DNA of 63,818 nucleotides, filler included, from Octopus bimaculoides (taxonomy: Eukaryota), in NCBI RefSeq assembly GCF_001194135.2. It is 5 parts of 5 records of this genome, joined end to end, with 100 filler letters (N's around TTAATTAATTAA, not from the genome) between each part and the next. Parts side by side here need not be neighbours in the genome. Positions count along the whole stretch, not along the records: positions 27,870 to 53,867 come from NC_068990.1; 4 more parts are not named here. One strand, given 5' to 3'. Below are positions 37,343 through 52,182 of this stretch, in pieces. Each line of letters opens with the position of its first letter. Positions within the stretch are counted from its first letter, which is position 1. A program made the translations under genes and the position numbers. The notes under the pieces are model-generated. The model was given only the letters and a program-made list of their open reading frames with translations. It did no database searches and was not told the DNA's origin.

Positions 37343-37750
37343 AGNNNNNNNNNNNNNNNNNNNNNNNNNNNNNNNNNNNNNNNNNNNNNNNNNNNNNNNN
37401 NNNNNNNNNNNNNNNNNNNNNNNNNNNNNNNNNNNNNNNNNNNNNNNNNNNNNNNNNNNNNNNNNNNNNNNNNNNNNNNNNNNNNNNNNNNNNNNNNNNN
37501 NNNNNNNNNNNNNNNNNNNNNNNNNNNNNNNNNNNNNNNNNNNNNNNNNNNNNNNNNNNNNNNNNNNNNNNNNNNNNNNNNNNNNNNNNNNNNNNNNNNN
37601 NNNNNNNNNNNNNNNNNNNNNNNNNNNNNNNNNNNNNNNNNNNNNNNNNNNNNNNNNNNNNNNNNNNNNNNNNNNNNNNNNNNNNNNNNNNNNNNNNNNN
37701 NNNNNNNNNNNNNNNNNNNNNNNNNNNNNNNNNNNNATTATTATTATTAT

Positions 37751-38914
<1,164 letters not shown>

Positions 38915-40049
38915 TGAACGCCTGGCCTGGAATGTTAAATACTTACGGTCTTTACCAATGAGGTCAATGGCACGTAAATTCTTGCGTTCTATAGAACATT
39001 AGAGTTTTTCATGTGTGTCGACGTTCACAAGAGAGGATCTACACTTCAGCAGAGATTACTGAAGAATTTATTTCAGACGACTTTCAATCCACGGGTAGTT
39101 GAATAAACCAACAATAATAAATATAGAGATAACAGTTCGATGATAGAAAAAGAAGCTTGTTGGTCTACGCCTTACAATGTTTAATGGAATATAGAAAAAT
39201 GTTAAAATAACAGTGAAGTCAATTATTCTGCAATGTGGAAAAATAATAAAAATGTCAACATTTGGAGTATAAGCTTGTTTTTAAGACAGAAAACAAATAT
39301 ACTAAAGCGGGCAAAGGTTAATAAAGGGGAAAAATTCGGATTGTATTAGTGAGCCATGATATTAATGAATGAAGGTGGTGGGGACATGGTTATGCTGTTG
39401 GTTTGTTGTGCAGAATGGAGATGAACTGTCCACGAAACTTCACCGATACAGAGAAAAAAGAAAAGGAGAAAGCACAAAGTGTTGTACTTCCGTGAATACC
39501 GAGATTGCAGATAAGAAGGTAAAATAATCAATTATTAATTCCTGAGAGAAATATCGATCATAGAAGGAAAAAAAATAAACGTGGATGTTGTTCACAAAAG
39601 AGCTGGCTGGAAGGCCAAGAGAAAAAGGTGATAACAGAAGAGTTACATAGATCTAGAATGCCGCTTTAAAAGGTTTTGGGTTATTAAGTCTAACACGAAA
39701 CAAATGTTCTCTATCAGAGAAGTGTCTTAGTTCTATAGAAAGCATTTCAATCTTCACATCTTATGCAATAAATAATATTTCTGGACACATATTCGAAACG
39801 GCCCGCGACTTGAAATATCGATTTAATAGAGCACAAAGTTGTAACTTTGTAAAATTAAAGGCTAAGTCTTACAATGGGAGACCATTCTTTGCTAGGAAGA
39901 GGAGTAACAAGGAGCTGAAAACACGTTAGACCACAAACTGATACAGATTGCAATATGATCCAAAGAAACTGAGATGGGCCTCCTTGTGAAGAAAGGAGCT
40001 GTACGTGAATAAGAGAAAGACTTGTTGAATATTAAAGGTGAGAGAAAAG

Positions 40050-40260
40050 CGGTGAGCTGGCTCAATCGTAAAACACGCTGGGCAAAATGCTTAACGGCAT
40101 TTCGCTCGTCTTTACGTTCTGGATAAATTTCCGCCGAGATCGATTTTGCCTTTCATCCTTTCAGGGTCGATAAAATAAGTACCAGTCGATCACTGGGGAG
40201 TCGATGTAATCGATTTAACCCCTCACCCCGAAATTGTTTCCCAAAATTTCAGGCTAATAT
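40050..40260 (+). mobile_element. tRNA-derived SINE, family 2 (central domain resembles the Meta/MESC-type core from memory)
   Basis: Head ggtgagctggc..aatcgtaa..cacgctgggcaaaatgctt, core tttgcctttcatcctttcagggtcgataaaataagtaccag, tail tggggagtcgatgtaatcgatt. Related copies lie at 1060-1195 (+), 18535-18690 (-), 30255-30430 (-), 41130-41290 (+) and 62480-62590 (+). Confidence 0.7.
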
Positions 40261-41458
40261 TAAAAGTGATGGGGTCGACGGTGAAGAGAAATTGGAGTTC
40301 ACTATTAAGAGAAATTGGAGTTAATAGTTAGCGTATAATTGAGCAAGAAGGCAAAATTACTGCCTATAACTGGAGGTCAACTGGATTTAGAGGTAGAGCC
40401 CTGCGAGAAACAAATAATGCTTTTGTTGTGCGAATTGTTACGCGTTTGTTGTGCAAAAGATGGGTGTACAGGGTAGCTGTTATTTTAAAGGAACAGAGAT
40501 TTCTTAAATTACGAGGAATATAGTGAGTGTGAATTACAAAGCAGAGTGGAAAATGTTGACGAAGAGTATAAAGGAGGTGACCTGTTCGCGAATTGATTGA
40601 GACGTAACTAACGATATAACTACGTCCTTAAGAAAAACAAAAAAAAGAAATGAAACAAAATATTTTCTTAAGAAATAAAATACGCTGAAGTAGTTTCTGT
40701 AGAGTCAGAATGAATTTCCTACCAAGAAATTAACAAAAACACTGATTAATTATAAGTTATTCCGGAATCTCGAATACACGTTAGTTAGTTTGTCAGGCTA
40801 GCCTAAGGTAGAAAAGCAGACAACAAACCGAGTGCTCAGCGGTCGATGTGTGTATGCTATTACTATCCATGGCAAAGTGGATGGCTCTCAACAGTCTTGT
40901 CCGCGGCTAAGTGTGTTCGAGAGGGGTACATAAATTTATATGGTTCCTATAAAGTTAATATGATGGGAGCCTTTTGTCATTGGATAGGGTGCTTGTCTAA
41001 TGCCTGTAGCATTTCTCACGAATATAATTAAATTAAGATTGTAAGACAACGAATTACACGTCAATGTGACAGTGTGGCTGCTAATTACAGCTGTTAATTA
41101 TTCTCTTTTCATAAAGCTCTGAGCTAGCAGAAGCGTTACCGCGTCGGACAAAGCACATAGCGGCATTTCTTTAAGTTCTGAGATCATATTCTGCTGAGGT
41201 CGAGTCTTCCATCTTTTCGGAATCGATGCAGTCTACAAGCCACTTCCTCTCCCGATATACAAACCCGTGCATTGAAATACAAACAATCAACTTGCTAGAA
41301 ATAGCTGCTAAATCTATCTGAAATTATTTCAGTGCTTTCAACAGAAAAGAAAGACATTGAATTAGTGAGCTGAATATCTACAACATCATACAAAAATGGT
41401 TCACGGCAATGACTTTCAGCACGTGTCTGGTAGGCCAGGTTTCACCTGGACCGTAATA

Positions 41459-41459
<1 letters not shown>

Positions 41460-41489
<30 letters not shown>

Positions 41490-41820
41490 CTTCTTCTTCT
41501 TCTTCTTCTTCTTCTTCTTCTTCTTCTTCTCCTCCTCCTCCTCCTTCTTCTTCTTCTTCTTCTTCTTCTTCTTCTTCTTCTTTTTCTTCTTCTTCTTCAT
41601 CTTCTCCTTCTCATTCTTCTTCTCCTTCTTCTTCTTCTCATTCTTCTTCTCCTTCTTCTTCTTCTTCTTCTTCTTCTTCTTCTTCTTCTTCTTCTTCTTC
41701 TTCTTCTTCTTCTTCTTCGTTGTCGTCGTCAAAATCGATATCATTACCAACAACATCAACAGCACCATCAACGTTATCCCCACGATCATCCTCACCACCA
41801 CAACCACCACTATCATCATC

Positions 41821-41887
<67 letters not shown>

Positions 41888-41935
41888 ATATCATGAACAA
41901 AAACAACTTCAACATCAATATCAACGATAACATAT
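41460..41935. repeat. Compound microsatellite: (TTC)n ~255 nt, then a degenerate (CAT/CAC/CAA)n array
   Basis: Direct reading; it explains the poly-S, poly-K and poly-M pseudo-ORFs. Confidence 0.95.
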
Positions 41936-42257
41936 ATTAATTTCTACTCGGAAATTCAAAAACCAACCTTGAAAAATTACCGAGCGTTTGTAATCCTTAA
42001 GTTCAGGTAGTTGACTCGAACTGTAACACTATTTGTTTCGGGAGTCAGGTCTTTGGTAAAATATGAAAGCATCACATAATTCGTTTTCTAATTAGCTTCA
42101 TCATTAGCTAAAGAATCTCTGTACAGAGCACATATTCTTGAGCATCTGAAAAATTCTAGGTTATGCATGTATGTGTGTGTATTTTTTGTGTTTGTTTTTG
42201 TGTGTGTATATAGATATATACATCTTATATCTGTAATTGCATATATACATATATATA

Positions 42258-42294
<37 letters not shown>

Positions 42295-42606
42295 ATATAT
42301 GTATACTTATATATATGNNNNNNNNNNNNNNNNNNNNNNNNNNNNNNNNNNNNNNNNNNNNNNNNNNNNNNNNNNNNNNNNNNNNNNNNNNNNNNNNNNN
42401 NNNNNNNNNNNNNNNNNNNNNNNNNNNNNNNNNNNNNNNNNNNNNNNNNNNNNNNNNNNNNNNNNNNNNNNNNNNNNNNNNNNNNNNNNNNNNNNNNNNN
42501 NNNNNNNNNNNNNNNNNNNNNNNNNNNNNNNNNNNNNNNNNNNNNNNNNNNNNNNNNNNNNNNNNNNNNNNNNNNNNNNNNNNNNNNNNNNNNNNNNNNN
42601 NNNNNN

Positions 42607-42673
<67 letters not shown>

Positions 42674-43350
42674 AAATATATATATGCATGTACGTATGCA
42701 CGTATGTACATATATTTATACATATTTGTACATATGTATATATGCACATACATACATATATACCTACATAAATACATAACATTTTTCAGAAATACATTTA
42801 TATGAAATGAAGAAACCTGTAAAGTCTGCGATATTTTTGCAAGTCGCGTCTTCGCTTTATTTCAATAGAATTAAGTGCTATTCAAATGTAGAACTTCGGT
42901 ACGAAGGAAGCAATACTTGTTGTTCAAAAATATTACATGTGTTATGATATAATAAAAAAGCAAATAAACGACATTTGTCAATTAAAACTATAGAATTGAA
43001 ATTGTATTGGTACGGGTATCGATAGTTTATTCAAAATATTTGTTAGAATCGCTACAGGAAATTGTCATGTTTAGGAACATTATTCTTGCTACTGCATACA
43101 GAGAATAAGAATCAGAGAAATAAATAGTGGGAAAGAGAAAAACAAAAGAGAAAAACGTAGAGATAGAAAGTTATGCATGCTTACACGTNNNNNNNNNNNN
43201 NNNNNNNNNNNNNNNNNNNNNNNNNNNNNNNNNNNNNNNNNNNNNNNNNNNNNNNNNNNNNNNNNNNNNNNTTATTCATAGATAGATAGATATATGGAAA
43301 GAAAGATAGATAGATAGAATAATTAATAGGAAGACAAACAGGTAGTTAGT

Positions 43351-43426
<76 letters not shown>

Positions 43427-44924
43427 CGTAAGAAATTTCATTGTTGTACAGATTTGTAAAAAGCAAAAGAATCTTTTGTTTGAAAAGAGGTAAAATTTAT
43501 TCAAAATTGTTAAATGATAAACAATAAATTGTTGAAGAGGAAAGAACAACAAAAAGCCCATAAAACATAAAGCACTATGATAATCATAGTTTTCGTGTTT
43601 ATTCAAATAACAAAGGAAAGGTTCAAAATAGAAAAAAAAAAACGACTGAATTTGTTTGACAACTCAATAAAACATGAGAAAATGAAGGCTTTCAATAATT
43701 TGTCTGAGATTTATATTTCAGAGTAAACTTTTTATTGTCGGATGAACACATTATAACCTTGAACCTCATTTCCTCGGTTGGTGGAAGGAAGTGAGATAAC
43801 AATATCCATAAACCACCAACCAGACACAATTGCTTGCAACAGGGTGACCGCCGTTGAAGTTAACCCAAGACCAGCAGGTGGTCTTAGACCAGTGACGGAC
43901 TATTTCTCTAACAATGTAGGTCACAGATGGATTTGAACTCACAACGCAATATTTCAGAATATAAACATATACATATACATGCACATAAGTGAATATGTAC
44001 ACATCAGAAAGAAAACCGATAAATTCTTACTTTCTAACAAATATACAATGTTTTTTATTTACATTTGTTGAACAGACATGTCTTTGTCTCACTTCATTCT
44101 AAATAGCATGAAACAGTAATTGGCTCTATGTAGACAGGTAACCAATGATGCAGTTAGTTTCAAAATACGATATATAAAAAAAAGAGAAAAACGTAGAAAA
44201 ACATTAGCAGTTGAATCTAAAAGAAACGGTAAGAAGTAGAGACACACGGAAGCTAATACAAAATAAATTTAAGAGACGAAGGGATTTCGAATTTCAGTAG
44301 TGTGTTGTTTGTGCCACTGCCAAACTAATCGTCATCAGCATAAACAATATCGGAGTTAACAAACAGTGATTACTGACTATTGACTCTAGATTATAGGCAT
44401 TAGGATGAAATAGGTGATTTTTTTGCCTCTCAGCAAAATATAGTGATGTTCTTAGGAATCAAACCATAAATAGTTCAAATGAAATACGAACACAGAGTCA
44501 ATTAGACCAGCTTTTATATAAGCCTTAAAATAACATATACTTTGACTGTGTGTTTCAGTTATCGATGATGTTAAGTAATTCGTTTATACTCTTCTTTCAT
44601 CCATTCACTTATGTTTGTGAGAGCCCTTAATCTTGGCATTGCACACCAGTAAAGTATTTGTTAATTCTCTGGTAGTCCTACACTCAACAGTATAATTGTT
44701 TAATAATCATAATGATATGCTTTTGCATACCAACGAGGAACACTATCCTGTCACTCAACCGCCTGAAAAAACAGTTAAACATCCTTCATTTTACATCCTA
44801 TCAACTTGAAGAGTAAGGGAGTGGATAAGGTAGTCCTAGATCTATGCAAAGTACAACACCAGATCGAAACCATTGTCAATCGAATTCCTCTGTTGACAAG
44901 TCTGCTTAATCTATAATTGAACTG

Positions 44925-45173
44925 TTGGGTTGGTGCATAATTATTGCGGCTTTGTTTCAACAAATTTTATTCAACAAAAACATTAACAATATTTAACAAA
45001 AACATCTTTAAATGACGGTCTGACCGTTTGCCAAGCAAATGGGAAGCAGTAATTGAAGTAGATGATGAATATGCTCCGGAATAATCATTTAAAGATGTTT
45101 TTGTTATATGTTGTTATTGTTTTTGTTGAATAAAATTCCTTGGAAAAAAGCCGCAATAATTATGCACACCCAA
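44925..45173 (+). mobile_element. Internally deleted mariner (Hsmar1/cecropia-like TIR) MITE
   Basis: TIRs ttgggttggtgcataattattgcggc / gccgcaataattatgcacacccaa|TA. The internal remnant DRLPSKWEAVIEVDDEYAPE* matches a mariner transposase C-terminus. Confidence 0.8.
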
Positions 45174-46737
45174 TACAACATCAACAAATATTATAATGAT
45201 CTATTCATATATTAAAGTTCTGATAAAAATACTTTACAGAATCTACTTCTATCCATCAACATCCTTTATATTCTGACGTTTGTCAAAAGTGACAATATAA
45301 AGCAATTTCATTTAACTTAATGTAATTCTATCAAGTATAGTTCTCTAAAAGTCTGTGAACAGAAGAAATTTTAAAATAACAGTATGTTATCGCCGATAAA
45401 TAGCATGTGGGGCAAACACCATGTTCAACTAGATGTAGTAAACTGAATCAGAGAACTAGATTTAATTCCCTTAAAATTAGCAATCTGATACACCCTTTGA
45501 AAATCATAAACACCAGAACTCCCTGATCTTCTAACTAAGAGATGATCATTCATTTAGAGTGTTGAACCTGATAATGAAGGTTCAGGCGACAATGAGTAAA
45601 CTTTTCGTCATAAATTATATTATTCTCTTAATGCGTAAAATAAATCGATATTTATCTTTTTATCCTTCAGCAGTTTGTTGAGAGAAACTTGAGAGCTGTG
45701 CAGAGTAGGAGGAAATTTGTACTTTGATATTTCAATAAATTAGTAAAAAAGAATAGTCATCAATAGTAACCGATGCAGTATCTCCTACTATACTGGTAAG
45801 ATCTGGGACATTAATTTTACATTTGAATTATCTTTAGATTGCAGATGATCATATTGCGGATTGAACTTCATTAGTATAAGAGAACGCCAGCTTTGATGTG
45901 TGATCATCACGGGAAAGCTATTATGTATAGCTTTTTTAACACTGCTTTAGATTGTTGGGCATACAGAAGTTATCAAGGATAATTTCCCTAATTATAACTC
46001 GATATTTGCTAAGAAAATCTGATAGGAAGAAATTCAAGTATGTTACAGTTTACAGGAAATAAGATACGGAAAAAACAGATCTATAAATTAGAGAAATTTG
46101 GGGTCCATGATAAGTAGAAGCTTTAATGTTTCGGGAAGGACTGGATCGGGGTAGTGCACTATGCTCTCAAGATTAGAAGAATAGACGGTGTTGTGGCAGC
46201 GGTAAAATACGCAAAGAGAGAATGTTATTTTGTAGGCGTTTATTGCGCAAGAACGTGTGTTTAAATGTTCTTAAAGAGCTTGATTATCTAGGTAGGATTA
46301 TGCATTAATAGTCTGCATTAGATAAAGTCTTGCTTGTCTGATATTCGATGGCAAAAAAAAAAAAAGAAACCATCCATCATATTGGAAAAGTTGAAAACCT
46401 GGAGCTACGTACCAAGACGTGCCGCGTTTATACGTGAAAAGCTAAAGTGCATTTCTTCAAAGTGATTCGGTATTCCTTCAAAATCACTTAATGTTTATTA
46501 CATTAACAGAATTTGAATTTTCTCGATTTTTACTTTTAAATTATCGTTTAGTTTATCTTTTGAAAATTGAAATTAGAACAAAAAGAATCACTAATATCTT
46601 TAGTTTGAGATAATAAAAGTGTTATGCCCTATAGACATGCAAAATACGCACTCACAGAGAAACACGCACGCACATACACATAAACATACATACATACATA
46701 CATACATTCACAAACACGCTTATACACACATAGAGAC

Positions 46738-46814
<77 letters not shown>

Positions 46815-46954
46815 CACACGCACTCACACACACTTATATACTCATATACATACACGTACACATATGTATATGAAGATAGAAAGCATACCAGGATTGCATA
46901 CACAATTTATATATATATGCATATATTATATTATATGCAAACATAGTTGAGCAC

Positions 46955-46997
<43 letters not shown>

Positions 46998-48002
46998 TGC
47001 ACACGCATATACGTACATTTTCCGTTTTCGCCTTGTATTCTTTGCACATACTTTTACGATGCCTATATACATGTATTGTTGTGCAATTGTACATTACTAG
47101 TATCCACAGTAATAGCACACATGCAAATGCACGTGTAATCATACATTAAACAAAGTCTCTCTCTCTCTCTCTCTCTCTCTTTCTCAAATACACACACACA
47201 CACACACACACACAAAAATACACACACACGAACGCACTCACGCACGCTTGCACTCATATTTCTAAAGGAGAACATTTTGTAATGGTTTCTCTCGAATAAT
47301 TTTGTAATTATCCAACAGCTTTTCAGCATTTAATAACTGCCGCAAACAGTTCTCTCAAACAGAAAGATCTTAATCTTTTTGCAAGCATATTCCTCACTAA
47401 TGGTAATTACGTGTTTCTTTAAAACTGTTACCGGAGATACAGTACACAGGTGGATACCAATATTTATATTCCTTCAATAGAAATGTCTATCTCTGAAAGA
47501 AAATTAATGAGATCCTGAATTATTCTTTTAGGAGAATTCACTGTAAATAATGTTATTTCGAGTCTTTCAATCTATATTAAAAACAAGCAGTTTTACAGAA
47601 AATTGCGTTTTTCTTGTTTTTAAGTGTGTCGTTTTATTTCTTTCCGAAGAAAATATTCATAAGCATTTGTCAGATCTTTGCAAAAAGTGGTGGCAATCGA
47701 TATATACCAAAACGTAACCAATATGGTGTAAACCAAACCTATGAGAAGTTGGGATCTACACACAGTTGTTCGATATGGTAGAAATAGTTGCCAAACGACC
47801 CTCAAGTCACCGCCTATTGATTTCAAGACAGAAAATACACATTTGATAATGTAGTCCTAAACGAACCTAAAAACGACTGATTGAAATTTTGTTGATTATA
47901 GTACTATTGGATTAGGCCTGATCTCGAAATTTAACAAAAGCAACAACAAAAAGAATAACAATAATAACAACAATAATATTCTGAGTTCAATTCCAAGCAA
48001 GG

Positions 48003-48043
48003 CACTTGAAGAAGGATTGAGTGTGTACAGTCGAAACGTAGTG
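48003..48043 (+). ncRNA. Minimal hammerhead-like motif of a different family
   Basis: CAC-TTGAAGA-AG-GATTG-AGTGTGTA-CAGTC-GAAAC-GT-A-GTG: 3-bp stem I, C3U core, 5-bp stem II with one G-U. Confidence 0.45.
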
Positions 48044-49103
48044 AAACCACTCCGACTAATACGTTATATAAATTCTTCGTCTCATAAATATAGAAAAGAA
48101 AAATAACGTTGTTTACGAGCTTTAAAGCAGCCTTCACACGTTTCTAAGTGAAATTTCTTCAGGGGTTCTGCAAGGAATCATTATATACATATATAGTTTT
48201 TAATTGCTTCTGACAAATTTTATAAAATTAATAACAATGAAAATATTCGTGTCGAAGTGAACGACTGTTAACTTCTCACACACCAATTGGTCTTCTGAGA
48301 AAACAAGAATTTTCTCTCAATATCATTATGATTACCATTACTATCTTACATCACAACCACCAACACCAACACCAACACCACCGATAAACCACCATAGCAG
48401 TTATCGTTGCCATCTTCGACATCAAAGTCGTCGTCGTCGTCGTCGTTATCATCATCATCATCATCGATACTGCAACATCACCCGATTATCACCATTATCA
48501 TTTCGTCATTATCACCATCATCAGACGCACATCCCCCACCTTCACTTCCTCATCATAACTATCATTATCACTATCACCATAATTCTTTTAATGTTCATCG
48601 CTTACGCAACATTCTTTTGTTAGTAAATGTAATTCTTCAACAGGTGCTGACGCAAATAATGATGACGACGACTACAAACAACAACAACAACAACAACAAC
48701 AACCACTCCATCGACTTCGACGTCGACGATGGCTTAAATTTCAAGTACCGTTCTCTATGATTAAATAAAATAAAAAAATAATTAACCTTCGGAAATGTCT
48801 TTGTAGTGCTGCAATGAATATCTACAGACATTCATTACATAGCATCTAGAATTCTTGTTTAGAGTGAATTCTTTCATATTTGATTTCGCATCGCTAAACC
48901 TGACATAGGAAATTGAATCAGCCATGTTTGTTTTGTACATTACACGTGCTTATCATTACACGCCCAGATGTATACTATGTGAAAGTAAATGCGCGTCTTT
49001 GAGTGTATGCGCATGATTTCTTTAGTTTATGTTGTTCTTCTCGAAAGTACAAGACGTAAAACTCTACTGTCTTTCTTTTTTATTTACCTCCTACCATCTT
49101 TTT

Positions 49104-49135
49104 ACTGATGAGGGACTTTATCCGAAGCGTTCAGT
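49104..49135 (+). ncRNA. Degenerate hammerhead-like motif
   Basis: A-CTGATGA-G-GGA-CTTTA-TCC-GAAGC-GT-TCAGT: canonical CUGAUGA and stem II, but GAAA is mutated to GAAG. Confidence 0.35.
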
Positions 49136-50194
49136 ATTCTACATCCCACGGTAATTTTAATGTACTTCTCCTGGTGCTTTTTCTGATCCAGACCACTACC
49201 AGTCTTCGGGGATTCAGTATTATCTAATGTGTGTGTACGCCCGCGCATGGTTATTTAGTCATTGTTGTTGTTGTTAAATCTGGGGTCAGGTATAATTCAA
49301 CTGTCCTTATAGTCAACGCAATCCAAACGGAACCATTCTATCTTTGTTTCAGTCAGTGTATCGCTGACACTGCTCTCCAATATAAATTTCAAATGCTAAA
49401 ACAGTTCGGTGAGATTTCATAAAAGCGTGACTGATATTTCTAGAACTACGACATGACTCTTAGACGTCTCTCTTATTAACTAGTTGTTATAGTGGCTGTC
49501 AAGCGTCAGTTTAGCCTTTGACTTATGGTCAAATGTATCCCAGCTACAATCATCTTATCTTTTCCTTATATGGAGGACAACATCATCCAGTAACAGAACG
49601 TCATTTGATGAATAATTAACTATCGTTTCTAGTAAATACGACCATAGTGTAAACGACACTTTCTTCCTTGGCCTTTTCATTATCGTTGCTGATAGTAACG
49701 TCCTCTTTGCTCATAATGCTTCACAAAACAGTCACGTCTTCATTAACAATGTATTGTTATCAATAACAACAACAGCAATAAGAATATCGATATTACTCGA
49801 AGTAACGCCAACCCCAACACTAGCATTATTATCAAGAACGATAAGCGCAGTGATGGCTCTGATAGCAACAAAATGTACCAACAATATTAACAACACAAGC
49901 AGTTGTCGTCTGCGGTGGTGTTGACGTTTCCACATTTTCTGAACACCAAGAGGAACTTGTTAATAGGTTTAGTTAGTCACGAGTAACTAGTCGATATCCA
50001 CATACTTAATCTCCAAAACTACTGAATCTATGACACAATAGTATCAAAGCAATGAAAGGCTTGTCTCATTAGAGTGAGATGCCGGTGCCGCAGTCTGTCG
50101 TCGTCCACTTTGAAGTCTTCTCTCAGCGCATGGCGAATAGTTAATCATCAGTTAGATGTGAATTTTTAAGTGGGATTTGAACTGGACTGAACCG

Positions 50195-50315
50195 GACTGG
50201 AGCAACGTGAAATGAAGTGTTTTGCTCAAGAATACAACGTGTCGCCCGGTCCAGGAATCGAAACCACAATCTTACGATCATGATGCCGACACCCTAACCA
50301 CTAAGCCACGCGCCT
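50195..50315 (-). mobile_element. tRNA-derived SINE, family 3 (CORE-like domain)
   Basis: Minus strand reads aggcgcgtggcttagtggttagggtg...ggtttcgattcctggacc (A/B boxes), then ttcttgagcaaaacacttcatttcacgttgctccagtcc. Related degraded copies lie at 11770-12060 (-), 18690-18770 (-) and 57730-57950 (+). Confidence 0.7.
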
Positions 50316-50383
50316 GAACAGTATGATATATGGTGGACCATTATGATATAGCATAGTATATTGTATGAAATATAGTATTTAAA

Positions 50384-50468
50384 TATGATATAGTATAGAG
50401 TACGATATATGATATAGTATAGAGTACGATATATGATATAGTATAGAGTACGATATATGATATAGTAT
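50384..50468. repeat. 24-bp tandem repeat x3.5 (gatatagtatagagtacgatatat)
   Basis: Exact repeats are visible in the sequence. Confidence 0.85.
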
Positions 50469-50519
50469 ACAAATATGATATGGTATATATATCGTATATA
50501 AATGTTTTAATATACATAG

Positions 50520-50915
50520 TCCTCGGCTTCAGCTCGTATCCAAGCATTGGGTTCGTCAGTCTCCATCCAATCCCCTCGGCAGATGTTTGTGCCGAATGTG
50601 ACTTTGAAAGAGTCGTGGGTAGAATTCACAAAGGATGGTCAGTGTGGGTCGAGGATGTCGAAGACGCTCCTTTCTTCTGCGTTTTACCTCCCCATTCTGT
50701 TGTCTGTTCTGCTCGAAAGAGCTGGCTCCATTGCGGATAGCAGTCTTCCTCCAGGCTGTCCTATTCATGGCAATCTGTTCCCATGAGGATGGCTGGATGT
50801 TAATTTGATCCAGGGTCCCTTTGAGCTGGTCTTTAAAACGGAATTTCGGGCCACCTCTGGGTCTTGTTCCGATTGCAAATTCTCCGTAGAGCATGATCCT
50901 CGGGAGACGAGAGGG
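50520..50915 (-). mobile_element. RTE (BovB/RTE-1-like) LINE 3' end
   Basis: Reads SRLPRIMLYGEFAIGTRPRGGPKFRFKDQLKGTL....I.PSSWEQIAMNRTAWR..I.NGA..FEQNR...KRRRKER. The same AT-rich gatatagtat repeat lies on both sides (50340-50515 and 50925-50960), consistent with insertion into it. Confidence 0.85.
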
Positions 50916-52151
50916 CTCCATATAAATAGCATATAAATATGATATAGTATGAAATATATTTAGACTGTTCGGGAAGCAGCAGGTTAGACGTTTCCTGAAT
51001 ACTAATAGCGTACAACCTGAAAGAGAAATATGAAGCTACTATATTGTTCCATGTGCATGTGTATGCATGTACATGTGTATGTACCCTTGTGTGCATCCAT
51101 ATTACAATCTGACTGTACATCTGCAATCAATATAGGCCACGGACTGCATAACCCAAAAAGCAGATACAGACATATTGAATAATATAAAAGAGCTATTTTA
51201 ATTTGAATAATTTGTATGTTCTTTTAAAATGTTTATATTATTTCATTTCTTCCCTTTTCACTCGTTTATTAATTTCTCCTTCCGTATATTTCTCTTTGAT
51301 TTATTATTATCTGAAATATTATCTGCGGATGATCGTGACAAGTTCAACCTTTAAACAATAGAACATTTTATTGGGCCTGTTATTATGTAAATGCAATGCA
51401 AGATTTAATTGTTTCGATATGCTTAAAGTTTTGTTACTAAATGTAAAAATATGCATTCACGAACGAAGCAGAAATAGATTTTTCTTCTATTCTCCTCAAA
51501 GTATAGACTGTATTTCTCGATAATCTATTTGAACAAGAACGATGACGACTACCATATCGATGATGATGATGGCTATGATTATGAGGATAATGGTAATATC
51601 TAAAGTAACAAGAATAAAACAATTATAGTTTACATACACGAACTTTTGCTGCAGATATAATTTATTTCTTCTATATCGACTTGCCAAGCAAGATATAAGC
51701 CAAGTACTTCTGACAAAACCTAGATGAAAAACAAAAAGAAAAACGAGGGTTAAGAGATTTTATAACGTTATAGTATTATGATTTTCTATCAGATAAAATT
51801 TGTTGGCAAAAACACCTTAAAATAATATATCTTGACAGCTCTTCCACTTTATTCTAACGAATTTCTTTTGTTTCACATTTTCTTTTACTTATTAATTCTT
51901 TTCTAGATTTAGACATAATCTATTCTAGTGTTTTGTTCTAAATTTATTAATTACAATTTCTGTTATGTTAATGTTTCTTCTATTCATGTGTGTGTACCTA
52001 AATGTATGTATGCATGTACGTGTTTATGTATCCCTACATATATGTGCGTGTGTGCGTGTATGTAGTATGTAAGTATAAATGTGCTTATATTTATACATGC
52101 GCACGTGTGTATATATTTGTACATAAATGTATTATACATGTATATATACAT

Positions 52152-52182
<31 letters not shown>

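Noticed and set aside
43766-44002. Open minus-strand frames rich in W/G/C
   Set aside because: No recognisable domain. An upstream gagttcaaatcc B-box-like motif suggests a decayed repeat.
47620-47826. Hydrophobic 68-aa minus ORF (possible membrane-protein exon)
   Set aside because: No family motif, no convincing donor and no partner exons.
50225-50315. tRNA gene
   Set aside because: It has A/B boxes but no complete cloverleaf and continues into a SINE body, so it is a SINE head.
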